Below, piece by piece: positions 1 to 7,632 of a stretch of 64,000 bases of DNA (position 1 is its first letter; each line of letters starts with the position of its first letter). The position numbers and the translations under genes were made by a program. This stretch comes from Clostridia bacterium (GTDB lineage: Bacteria; Bacillota; Clostridia; UBA1212; UBA1255), in assembly GCA_046952735.1 (NCBI GenBank), contig JBKUJR010000009.1, forward strand, positions 4,747 to 68,746, written 5' to 3'. Under the pieces are notes generated by a model that was given only the letters and a program-made list of their open reading frames with translations, had not been told where the DNA came from and did no database searches.

Positions 1-282
1 AATATTCATATGCGGAAACAGGGAATATTTTTGAAAGACGGTATTGACCTTCCTTTTATGCGGCGGCAGATCCGTAATATCTTCGTTGTCGAACAGGACG
101 CGCCCCGAATCCGGTTTTTCAAAACCGCTGATGATCCGAAGTGTCGTCGTCTTTCCGCAGCCGCTCGGACCGAGGAGCGTAATAAATTCGTTCTTCCGGA
201 TATAAAGCGTCATGTCTTTGATAACTTCCGTATCGCCGTAGCTTTTTGTGATATTGTATAAATCGATGATATGCTGTGACAT
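1..282 (-). CDS. potA: Spermidine/putrescine-type ABC transporter ATP-binding protein, N-terminal part (gene continues beyond the left edge)
   Basis: Absent from the ORF track because there is no stop in the window. My reverse-strand translation from ATG 282-280 gives [94 protein letters not shown]. It has Walker [10 protein letters not shown] and a PotA-type N-terminus. A GAAGGAG RBS lies just upstream. Confidence 0.85.
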   Translation of the reverse strand, partial: MSQHIIDLYNITKSYGDTEVIKDMTLYIRKNEFITLLGPSGCGKTTTLRIISGFEKPDSGRVLFDNEDITDLPPHKRKVNTVFQKYSLFPHMNI

Positions 283-306
283 CTGCTCGCTCCTTCTCTT
301 GGCGGA

Positions 307-855
307 TCAAAAACTCGGCGGGGTCGAAACCCATAAAAATTTCGCCGGCCGCTCGTTTTTATTTTCTATATAGTGCTCTTTTTTGGGGTCAAAATAAAAG
401 CTTTCGCCCTTTTTGACTTTGTAAACGGCCTCCCCGAGATGTAAAACCAGGGAACCCTCGAGGACATATCCGAATTCTTCCCCCTCGTGCGGGTCGTGCA
501 GATCGGAACGGCCGCCGCCTGACAGCGTCACCAGAATGGGCTCCATTTTGTTTTTCTGCGCGTTCGGAACCACCCACGTGATATTCTGCCCCAGTTCTTC
601 GTTTTCACTTGAAAAGTAATCCTCTTTTTCGAAAACGATTTGTTCGTCCACCGTTTCATTGAAGAAATCGCGGAGATTGGTCCCGAGGCATTCGAGAATG
701 TCTACGAGCGTAGCGATCGACGGCGAAGTCTGTTCGCTTTCCACCTGGGATATAAAACCCTTGGACAATTCGCTGCGGTTTGCAAGCTCTTCCTGCGTCA
801 GACCGTTTTTGACGCGCAGCTCCCTGATTTTACTGCCGATCGCAAAACCCGGCAT
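307..855 (-). CDS. XRE-family HTH plus C-terminal cupin transcriptional regulator (PuuR-like), directly upstream of potA
   Basis: Track ORF 307..1059 trimmed to the internal Met (MPGFAIGSKIRELRVKNGLTQEELANRSELSKGFISQVE), where the HTH begins. The C-terminus GEEFGYVLEGSL...YFDPKKEHY is cupin-like. The gap to the potA start is 24 nt. Confidence 0.8.
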   Translation of the reverse strand: MPGFAIGSKIRELRVKNGLTQEELANRSELSKGFISQVESEQTSPSIATLVDILECLGTNLRDFFNETVDEQIVFEKEDYFSSENEELGQNITWVVPNAQKNKMEPILVTLSGGGRSDLHDPHEGEEFGYVLEGSLVLHLGEAVYKVKKGESFYFDPKKEHYIENKNERPAKFLWVSTPPSF

Positions 856-917
856 GCTGAATCCCTCCTGTTTCCTATCATACTCTAAAACGGACGAAAA
901 AGGATGTTTTGCAAAAG

Positions 918-944
918 TAAACTTTACGTTTAGATTCACTAAAC
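918..944. promoter_or_regulatory. Candidate operator: three half-sites TAAAC-N5-GTTTAG-N5-CTAAAC at about 10-11 bp phasing in the divergent promoter region
   Basis: Read directly: gTAAACtttacGTTTAGattcaCTAAAC. Adjacent half-sites are inverted repeats of each other. Confidence 0.35.
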
Positions 945-1021
945 ATGCGAGTGCAATTATAGCAAAAAACTGACCGCTGTCAATATAGATTTCGTGCGAA
1001 TAAAAATATTCAAAAAATGAC

Positions 1022-1050
1022 TTGCCAAGCTCTTCCAAATCTCGTATAAT
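1022..1050 (+). promoter_or_regulatory. SigA-type promoter TTGCCA-17-TATAAT for the 1104 gene
   Basis: TTGCCA at 1022-1027, a 17-nt spacer, TATAAT at 1045-1050. It sits about 55 nt upstream of the start codon. Confidence 0.55.
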
Positions 1051-1103
1051 AATGAACAATTGGTGAAACCAGTAAAATTTATTTTAAGTTAGGAGGAACG
1101 AAA

Positions 1104-3755
1104 ATGAAAAAAAGAAAATTATTTTCTTTATTTGTGGCATTTATTATTGCAGCCGTAGGCTTTGCGCCGGGAATTGTTTCTGCACGTTCGTTTACCATAA
1201 ACGGCGGAACGCTGAATGCGAATGGCGTGCGGGAATTCCAATACGGCAGCGCCATATCGTTCAATGTTTCCGGATATGCCCAGAATGACTGGATCGGAAT
1301 CTATTATGCGCATGATTTTGAATTTTTAGAAAGAAATGCCTGTAGAGCTACCGAAACAATCAATACCTGGAAATATATCGATGGGGCGACGATGACAGTC
1401 GATGCAAGCTGGAAACCTGCGCCGCTTTACGGAGGCAGATACGGAGAGATTTCCGCGATCGACGGGGCCGGAAAACTTTCCGTGGGCAGTTATGTAGCGG
1501 TCTACATGACGACGTACGGCGGCAGCGATTATTATGAACCGTTAGATGTAGAAGGACGCATTTATTTTGACGTCGTGCCGAATGGCGCGTTCCTTTCCCT
1601 GAACAAATCGGTATTCGCCCCTGGCGAACGCATTGATCTGAAGTATGGCGGGATCTCCAAAAGCAACACATGGCTGGCCATTTATTCGGATGACGTCGGT
1701 TTCGCGCCGGGATCGAGATATCAGGAGCGGAGCGCTACGCAGCCGTCCCTTCAGTACGTTTATATGGGAGGGGAAAATGCCTCGGAAACTGTGCCGTTCA
1801 ACCAGCTGGATCTTTCAGCCTATCCGCGGTACACGCGGGCCATCACCGGAAACGATACCGCCTTTAGTGAGACGTTTAAGATTTTCTACCGGGATGATAA
1901 TAACAATGGGGTAGATGACAGTTTCGTGCTTCCTGCCGGAAATTATCATGCGGTGGTATTGGGAGGACCGGATTTCTATCAGGTAGTCCCGACGACAGGA
2001 TATATCGGCGGGCACGCTGCTCCGCAGGCGAATTATATCCAGTTCAGTGTCAAAGAAACAGGCATTACAGTTGAAACCGACGGGCCGCTGTTCACCGTAA
2101 ACCTCACCGGTAATTCGTTCGCATCAGGCGACTGGGTTGCCGTATACAGAAGAGGCGAGACGCTGGGCAGCAATGGCTGCAGGTCGCTTTTGTGGTGGTA
2201 TATCAATCGTGATACGAAACAGATCACCTGGCCGATTGACAGCTCCATCGCCAGTGCATCCGTATGGACGGCGATCCCCGGTTCCACCTCCAATAATGCC
2301 GTTACCGGATATAACGGACATACGACGCCTTATACGCCGGAGTCTTATTTTATTGCGGAAAACGGGACTTTAAAGCCGGGCAACTATTCGGCGACGGTTT
2401 TGGATGCAAATTATAATGTAAAACAAGGATATTCCGTTTATGATTTTACGATCGGAACGACGGGGGACAGCACGACTGCGCCGTCGAACGTAACATACCA
2501 TCTCGATAATTCTTATCCGGGATGGGCCGACGGCACGATTACGGTGACGGCAAACAATACGGAATACATCTCCGGATTCGCGCTTTTCTGGGGTACCGAC
2601 ACGGGATTGCTGCCTGGATACAGCGATCCGTTTGGTATGGCGGTCCGCACACAAGGGTCCGCGTATGTCTATGAAGTTCCGAAAGGTCTCGTGATTCCGC
2701 AGGGTGCGACGCATTTATGGGTTTATAACAAAGACAATGCCGCAAGATACGCGACGATTGCGATTCCGCCGCATACGGCAATGCCCTCCGTCTCTCATCC
2801 GCTGTATACTTTCTCCGTGCTTTCGGATATCCATGTTGCTTCGGAGAAGGCCACACAGCGCACGAATCTGGCCAACGCGCTCGATTACGTGAAAAATAAA
2901 ACACAAGCTTCGGCGATCATTACGGTAGGAGATAATGTAGATAACGGAACGGACAGCGCATGGGAAACGTTTAATAATATCAGGAGCAATTATATTTCTG
3001 AAAGCCTGCCGATGTTCTGTGCGATCGGGAATCATGAGTTCAAAGATGCAAACGGCACATCCAGCGATACGGCCGCGCTCGACAGCGCCTATCTGGCCAA
3101 ATTCAAAAATAACGCCGTATCCGGCATCATTGGAATGACTTCCGTCGACAAGGTCTATTATTCTTTTGAACTGAACGGGTGTAAATATATTATGCTCGGT
3201 TCGGAAGGCCAGTCGACCCTTTCTCCCGGCATGCCGCGGGAACACGCGTACATTTCCCAGACGCAGATCAACTGGTTCCAGAGCGAAGTAAACGCAGCAA
3301 AAGCGGCGAATCCCAACATGCCGATTTTCGTATTTTTACATCAACCCCTTAAAAATACCGTTTCCGGCTCGCTGGAAGCGAGAAATCCCGTGATCCAGGA
3401 TTGGTGGGGGATTGCGGAAAGTACCTCGGCGGAAGCGCAGATCCGCAGCATTATTGAAAACAATACCAATATGATTCTCTTTACCGGCCATACGCACTGG
3501 GAATTCAGTTCGCTGAACCCGATTCTGCTGGACAGCAGCAAATCCTCGGCGTATATCAATACTGCCTCGGTGGGATACCTGTGGAACGACAACAATATCG
3601 ACGAATACAGCATCGATGGAAGCCAGGGGTATATCGTAGAAATCCATGACGGCTTTTTATATCTGCGCGGCCGCGATTTTGCGAAAAACACGTGGAATCT
3701 GGCGACGCAGTATATTATTCCGATCCGGACGGGTCCTTCCGGACCGGCAAGGTAA
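1104..3755 (+). CDS. Secreted multidomain protein: signal peptide, three N-terminal beta-rich repeats, C-terminal calcineurin-like metallophosphoesterase
   Basis: RBS AGGAGGAA. Signal peptide MKKRKLFSLFVAFIIAAVGFAPGIVSA. Repeat motifs are NDWIGIYY, NTWLAIYSDD and GDWVAVYRRG..LLWWYI. Phosphoesterase motifs are LSDIHV, GDNVDNG, GNHEF, LHQP and GHTHW. Confidence 0.8.
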   Translation: MKKRKLFSLFVAFIIAAVGFAPGIVSARSFTINGGTLNANGVREFQYGSAISFNVSGYAQNDWIGIYYAHDFEFLERNACRATETINTWKYIDGATMTVDASWKPAPLYGGRYGEISAIDGAGKLSVGSYVAVYMTTYGGSDYYEPLDVEGRIYFDVVPNGAFLSLNKSVFAPGERIDLKYGGISKSNTWLAIYSDDVGFAPGSRYQERSATQPSLQYVYMGGENASETVPFNQLDLSAYPRYTRAITGNDTAFSETFKIFYRDDNNNGVDDSFVLPAGNYHAVVLGGPDFYQVVPTTGYIGGHAAPQANYIQFSVKETGITVETDGPLFTVNLTGNSFASGDWVAVYRRGETLGSNGCRSLLWWYINRDTKQITWPIDSSIASASVWTAIPGSTSNNAVTGYNGHTTPYTPESYFIAENGTLKPGNYSATVLDANYNVKQGYSVYDFTIGTTGDSTTAPSNVTYHLDNSYPGWADGTITVTANNTEYISGFALFWGTDTGLLPGYSDPFGMAVRTQGSAYVYEVPKGLVIPQGATHLWVYNKDNAARYATIAIPPHTAMPSVSHPLYTFSVLSDIHVASEKATQRTNLANALDYVKNKTQASAIITVGDNVDNGTDSAWETFNNIRSNYISESLPMFCAIGNHEFKDANGTSSDTAALDSAYLAKFKNNAVSGIIGMTSVDKVYYSFELNGCKYIMLGSEGQSTLSPGMPREHAYISQTQINWFQSEVNAAKAANPNMPIFVFLHQPLKNTVSGSLEARNPVIQDWWGIAESTSAEAQIRSIIENNTNMILFTGHTHWEFSSLNPILLDSSKSSAYINTASVGYLWNDNNIDEYSIDGSQGYIVEIHDGFLYLRGRDFAKNTWNLATQYIIPIRTGPSGPAR

Positions 3756-3772
3756 ATCATAGCGGAACCGCT

Positions 3773-3811
3773 GAAACGGATCTCTGGACAACAGAGGTCC
3801 GTTTCAATTTT
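3773..3811 (+). terminator. Intrinsic terminator after the phosphoesterase gene
   Basis: Hairpin GAAACGGATCTCTG-gacaa-CAGAGGTCCGTTTC followed by AATTTT. Confidence 0.7.
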
Positions 3812-3814
3812 AAC

Positions 3815-3842
3815 TTGCATTTTGCCTGCGCCGTTGTATAAT
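3815..3842 (+). promoter_or_regulatory. Promoter TTGCAT-16-TATAAT for fba-pfp
   Basis: TTGCAT at 3815-3820 and TATAAT at 3837-3842, about 60 nt upstream of the fba ATG. Confidence 0.5.
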
Positions 3843-3901
3843 ACAAAAGATATGAATAGTATCATTTCAAATATTATCACGTTATAAGGAGATGTTCATT
3901 T

Positions 3902-4837
3902 ATGCCATTGGTTACATCAAAGGAAATGTTCAAAAAGGCCTATGAGGGCGGGTATGCGATCGGCGCTTTCAATGTCAACAACATGGAAATCATTCAGGGA
4001 ATCACGGAAGCGGCGAAAGAAGAAAACGCGCCTCTGATTCTGCAGGTTTCCGCAGGAGCCAGAAAATATGCGAATCATACGTATCTGATGAAGCTTGTGG
4101 AAGCTGCGATTATCGAGACGGGGCTTCCGATCTGCCTGCATCTGGACCACGGCGATACCTTTGAACTTTGCAAATCCTGCATCGACGGCGGTTTTACTTC
4201 CGTCATGATCGACGGCTCCCACCATTCGTTCGAGGATAATATTGCTTTGACGAGACAAGTCGTAGAGTATGCGCATGCGAAAGGCGTAACGGTAGAAGGC
4301 GAGCTTGGACGTCTTGCAGGCATCGAAGATGCGGTGAATGTTTCGGCGGAGGACGCTTCCTATACGAATCCGGCGCAGGTACAGGAATTCGTAGAGAAAA
4401 CAGGCGTCGACTCCCTGGCGATTGCAATTGGTACGAGCCATGGCGCTTATAAATTCAAACCGGGTCAGAAGCCGCAGCTCAGATTCGATATCCTCGAAGA
4501 AGTGGAGAAGAGACTTCCCGGCTTCCCGATCGTTCTGCACGGCGCTTCTTCGGTAATTCCGGAATATGTGGAAACAATCAATCGCTACGGCGGTAAAATG
4601 CCCGATGCAATCGGTATTCCGGAAGACATGCTCAGAAAAGCCGCTTCCATGGCTGTCTGCAAGATCAATATCGACTCCGACCTCCGTCTGGCGATGACGG
4701 CTGCCATCAGAGAACATTTTGCAGAAGCTCCTTCGGATTTCGACCCGAGACAATACCTGAAGCCTGCAAGAGAAAACATCAAAAAGCTTGTAAAACATAA
4801 GCTTGTAGACGTTCTCGGATGCAATAACAAGGCATAA
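3902..4837 (+). CDS. fba: Class II fructose-1,6-bisphosphate aldolase
   Basis: 311 aa. GAFNVNNMEI, LHLDHG, GELG..GIED and HGAS motifs typical of class II FBA. RBS AAGGAG. Confidence 0.92.
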   Translation: MPLVTSKEMFKKAYEGGYAIGAFNVNNMEIIQGITEAAKEENAPLILQVSAGARKYANHTYLMKLVEAAIIETGLPICLHLDHGDTFELCKSCIDGGFTSVMIDGSHHSFEDNIALTRQVVEYAHAKGVTVEGELGRLAGIEDAVNVSAEDASYTNPAQVQEFVEKTGVDSLAIAIGTSHGAYKFKPGQKPQLRFDILEEVEKRLPGFPIVLHGASSVIPEYVETINRYGGKMPDAIGIPEDMLRKAASMAVCKINIDSDLRLAMTAAIREHFAEAPSDFDPRQYLKPARENIKKLVKHKLVDVLGCNNKA

Positions 4838-4867
4838 TCGATATTTTACAGGAGGATTCGGAAATCT

Positions 4868-6094
4868 ATGGAAAAACTTGTTGGTGCTGCCATATTCGGA
4901 CAGTCCGGCGGGCCTACGTCGGTAATCAATTCCAGCGCGGCCGGCGTTATCATCACGGCGCTCAAGCAGGGATGTATTACGAAGGTATACGGAGCCGCAC
5001 ACGGGATCAAGGGCATGCTGGAAGAAGATTTTTACGATATGTCGAAAGAAGATCCCTACGAGCTGGAACTGCTCAAGACGACGCCGTCGTCTGCGCTTGG
5101 GTCCGTGCGGTATAAACTGAAAAATGCGGAGGAAGATCCGACGGATTATTTGCGGCTTCTCGAAGTATTTCAAAAATATAACATTCGTTATTTCTTTTAT
5201 AACGGCGGGAACGACTCGATGGACACCTGCAATAAAATCAGCAAATTTATGCAGAAATCCGGCTATGAAATGAGAGTCATGGGCGTGCCGAAAACGATCG
5301 ACAACGATTTGTTCGGTACCGACCACTGCCCGGGATACGGAAGCGCGGCGAAATATGTCGCGACGTCTACGATGGAAATCTACCATGATGCAAGAGTTTA
5401 CGATACCGGTATGGTATGCGTACTGGAAGTGATGGGACGCCATGCGGGGTGGCTTACGGCCGCTACGGCTCTGGCGGGAGTCAAAGGGCAGGGACCGGAT
5501 CTTATTTACGTACCGGAACTTCCGTTCAGCCAGGAGCAGTTTTTAGATGACGTATCCCAGATTTATAAAGAAAACGGGAAAGTTATCGTTGCTGTTTCGG
5601 AAGGCGCGCAGTATGCGGACGGCAGATTCGTTGCCGACAGCGGCGTGCGCGATGCTTTCGGACATGCCCAGCTCGGCGGCGTCGCAACGACGCTTGCGAA
5701 TCTCGCCAAGGAAAAAATCGGCTGTAAAGTCCGCGGTATCGAATTCAGCCTGCTGCAGCGGTGCGCCGCACACTGTGCTTCTCTGAACGACGTGAATGAA
5801 GCGTACATGGCAGGAGAAGCGGCCGTGCTGAATGCGGTAGACGGCAAAACCGACTACTGTGTCGGGTTTGAACGGGGAACTGCCGGCGGCTATCACTGCG
5901 GCGTGAAACTGATTAAATTGGATGACGTTGCAAATACGGAGAAGAAACTTCCCAGAGAATGGATCAACAAAGAAGGCAACTTCGTAACGCAGGAGTATAT
6001 CGACTATGCGCTCCCGCTGATCCAGGGAGAATCGCGTCCTCCGATGGAAGACGGGCTCCCGCGGTTTGCAAAACTTGCGAAAATCAAGGCTTAA
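4868..6094 (+). CDS. pfp: 6-phosphofructokinase, probably pyrophosphate-dependent (diphosphate--fructose-6-phosphate 1-phosphotransferase)
   Basis: 408 aa. GQSGGPTSVINSS N-terminus, GGNDSMDT and PKTIDNDL. Asp at the position equivalent to E. coli PfkA G104 and Lys at G124 form the classical PPi-PFK signature (from memory). Confidence 0.7.
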   Translation: MEKLVGAAIFGQSGGPTSVINSSAAGVIITALKQGCITKVYGAAHGIKGMLEEDFYDMSKEDPYELELLKTTPSSALGSVRYKLKNAEEDPTDYLRLLEVFQKYNIRYFFYNGGNDSMDTCNKISKFMQKSGYEMRVMGVPKTIDNDLFGTDHCPGYGSAAKYVATSTMEIYHDARVYDTGMVCVLEVMGRHAGWLTAATALAGVKGQGPDLIYVPELPFSQEQFLDDVSQIYKENGKVIVAVSEGAQYADGRFVADSGVRDAFGHAQLGGVATTLANLAKEKIGCKVRGIEFSLLQRCAAHCASLNDVNEAYMAGEAAVLNAVDGKTDYCVGFERGTAGGYHCGVKLIKLDDVANTEKKLPREWINKEGNFVTQEYIDYALPLIQGESRPPMEDGLPRFAKLAKIKA

Positions 6095-7416
6095 CTTTTT
6101 GATCTGTTCCGCAGCCTATTGAAAAAAATCGCACATGCGAGGATCAGCTCGCACAGGACAAGCACCGATATCAAAAAAAAGATATCGGTGTTTTCTTTGA
6201 TAAATCTGTAGAAAATGTTGATCGTTCTGCTGTCCGAACGGATGCTGTTCCCGGCAACTAAACTGACCTTATGTATACTGCCGTCTTTCAGGAGATAATT
6301 TGCCGTGCCGATGACGCTCCCCTCTTCGATCGGAGGAGCAAGCTCGTCTAAAGACAGCGCTTTTCCCGGCGCGGCAGCGTTTTTATCGGCGATATGATAA
6401 CTGACATTTTCTATATAATCCGTCACATCGACCGGCATCATGCAATAGCACGCTTCACCTGCTTTGAGAAGCAGCTCGCCGCCGCCGATTTCCGCCGTTA
6501 CCACGAGATCTTCTTTCCCGACCAGCGTCGTTTTCTTGAAATTCGTCAGGACGTTATCGATATAATTATTTCCCAGATCATACGCGGAATCGTTGGGGAC
6601 TCCCGTGATTACCAATGTCAGATTCACGGAAGGAGCGTTCTCTGAAATTTTACCGATCATATAGAACAGCAGCGTTCCCAATTCGTTGGCGCTGTCGTAT
6701 ACCGTGTAAGCGCCTGCGGTCAGAGCTGCGTTTTGAAAAACATTGTTAGTCATCATTCTGCACTCGTTGAGCACCGCGGTGCCTCCCCAGATATGCGCCG
6801 CCGAATTGGAAGCGATATCCCGGAACTGCGCGTTCGTCATCGCATAGGACCAGAAGAGCGACATGTCGTAAACCGTCGTCCGCTGCAGTTTATCTGCGCT
6901 TCCGTCTACATTGGTAAAATATGTATTTTTCATGCCGAGTTCACCCGCCTTCTGATTCATGACGGTGACAAAATATTCCGTGTTGGGATTGAAATGGACG
7001 GCAAGGAGACGGGCCGCGTTATCAGCGTTGCATAATATTACGGACTTGATGAGATGGTCTACCATATATTGATTGGCAGCCAGCAACGTATACCGCCCCG
7101 ACGCGGACACGCTGTCCTCCGAAGGCGATATATAATCCGTAACCGAGATCGAAGGATTTTCTAAAATGAGGAGGCACGTCATCAGGCGCGCCAGCAAAGA
7201 ACAGTCTGCCGGGAGCTCCGTATTTTGCTTTAGAAGCGTCTGCTTCGTATCACACTCATAAACCATGTAGGAAATCCCGATAGATTCATTGGAAGGGAGC
7301 GTATTTGCCGCAGCAGAAACGCTTCCCATTTCCACACAAACGATTGTTACAGCGATACAGAGCGCAATGACTGCTGCGAATATTGTTTTTTTCGTATAAA
7401 AGAATGCTTTTATCAT
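6091..7416 (-). CDS. Peptidase S11 (PBP5/DacB-like D-Ala-D-Ala carboxypeptidase) homologue with apparently degenerate catalytic motifs; N-terminal signal/anchor and C-terminal TM helix
   Basis: Track ORF trimmed to MIKAFFYTKKTIFAAVIALCIAVTIV (RBS GAAGGAC). Family-typical stretches are LGMKNTYFTNVDG and LARLMTCLLILEN. The SxxK, SxN and KTG positions read SLLAR, NAD and TAG (see finding). Confidence 0.65.
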   Translation of the reverse strand: MIKAFFYTKKTIFAAVIALCIAVTIVCVEMGSVSAAANTLPSNESIGISYMVYECDTKQTLLKQNTELPADCSLLARLMTCLLILENPSISVTDYISPSEDSVSASGRYTLLAANQYMVDHLIKSVILCNADNAARLLAVHFNPNTEYFVTVMNQKAGELGMKNTYFTNVDGSADKLQRTTVYDMSLFWSYAMTNAQFRDIASNSAAHIWGGTAVLNECRMMTNNVFQNAALTAGAYTVYDSANELGTLLFYMIGKISENAPSVNLTLVITGVPNDSAYDLGNNYIDNVLTNFKKTTLVGKEDLVVTAEIGGGELLLKAGEACYCMMPVDVTDYIENVSYHIADKNAAAPGKALSLDELAPPIEEGSVIGTANYLLKDGSIHKVSLVAGNSIRSDSRTINIFYRFIKENTDIFFLISVLVLCELILACAIFFNRLRNRSKS

Positions 7417-7567
7417 TTGAAAAGTCCTTCGAATAACAAAATCTATTATATTGAAGAAAGTATAGCATATCTGCTGCGGGAATGCCAAAAAATTTTTCGT
7501 GGAAAAATCTTCCACCGTTTTTCCATTAATTTTCAGTATGAAATCCGGATCTCGTCTGTTGACAAAC

Positions 7568-7596
7568 TGGTTGTCTGTGAGTATACTGTGGACAGT
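7568..7596 (+). promoter_or_regulatory. Promoter TTGACA-17-TATACT for the 7633 gene
   Basis: TTGACA at 7568-7573, a 17-nt spacer, TATACT at 7591-7596. Confidence 0.55.
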
Positions 7597-7632
7597 AATT
7601 CAATTACTACATTACATAGGAGGTTATACAGT

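Noticed and set aside
307-1059. Longest-ORF N-terminal extensions, here and at 6091..7515, 7417..8688, 13682..14233, 14190..14927, 18846..19877, 33415..34668, 36956..37969, 40424..41326, 45231..46274 and 60400..60645
   Set aside because: In each case an internal Met (or GTG/TTG) with a proper RBS coincides with the start of the conserved domain or signal peptide. The extension runs through promoter-like AT-rich DNA.
3917-5443. 508-aa minus-strand ORF spanning fba and pfp
   Set aside because: It is antisense to two strongly conserved glycolytic genes. It has Arg/His/Phe-rich low-information composition, no RBS and no recognisable motif. It is a typical shadow ORF.
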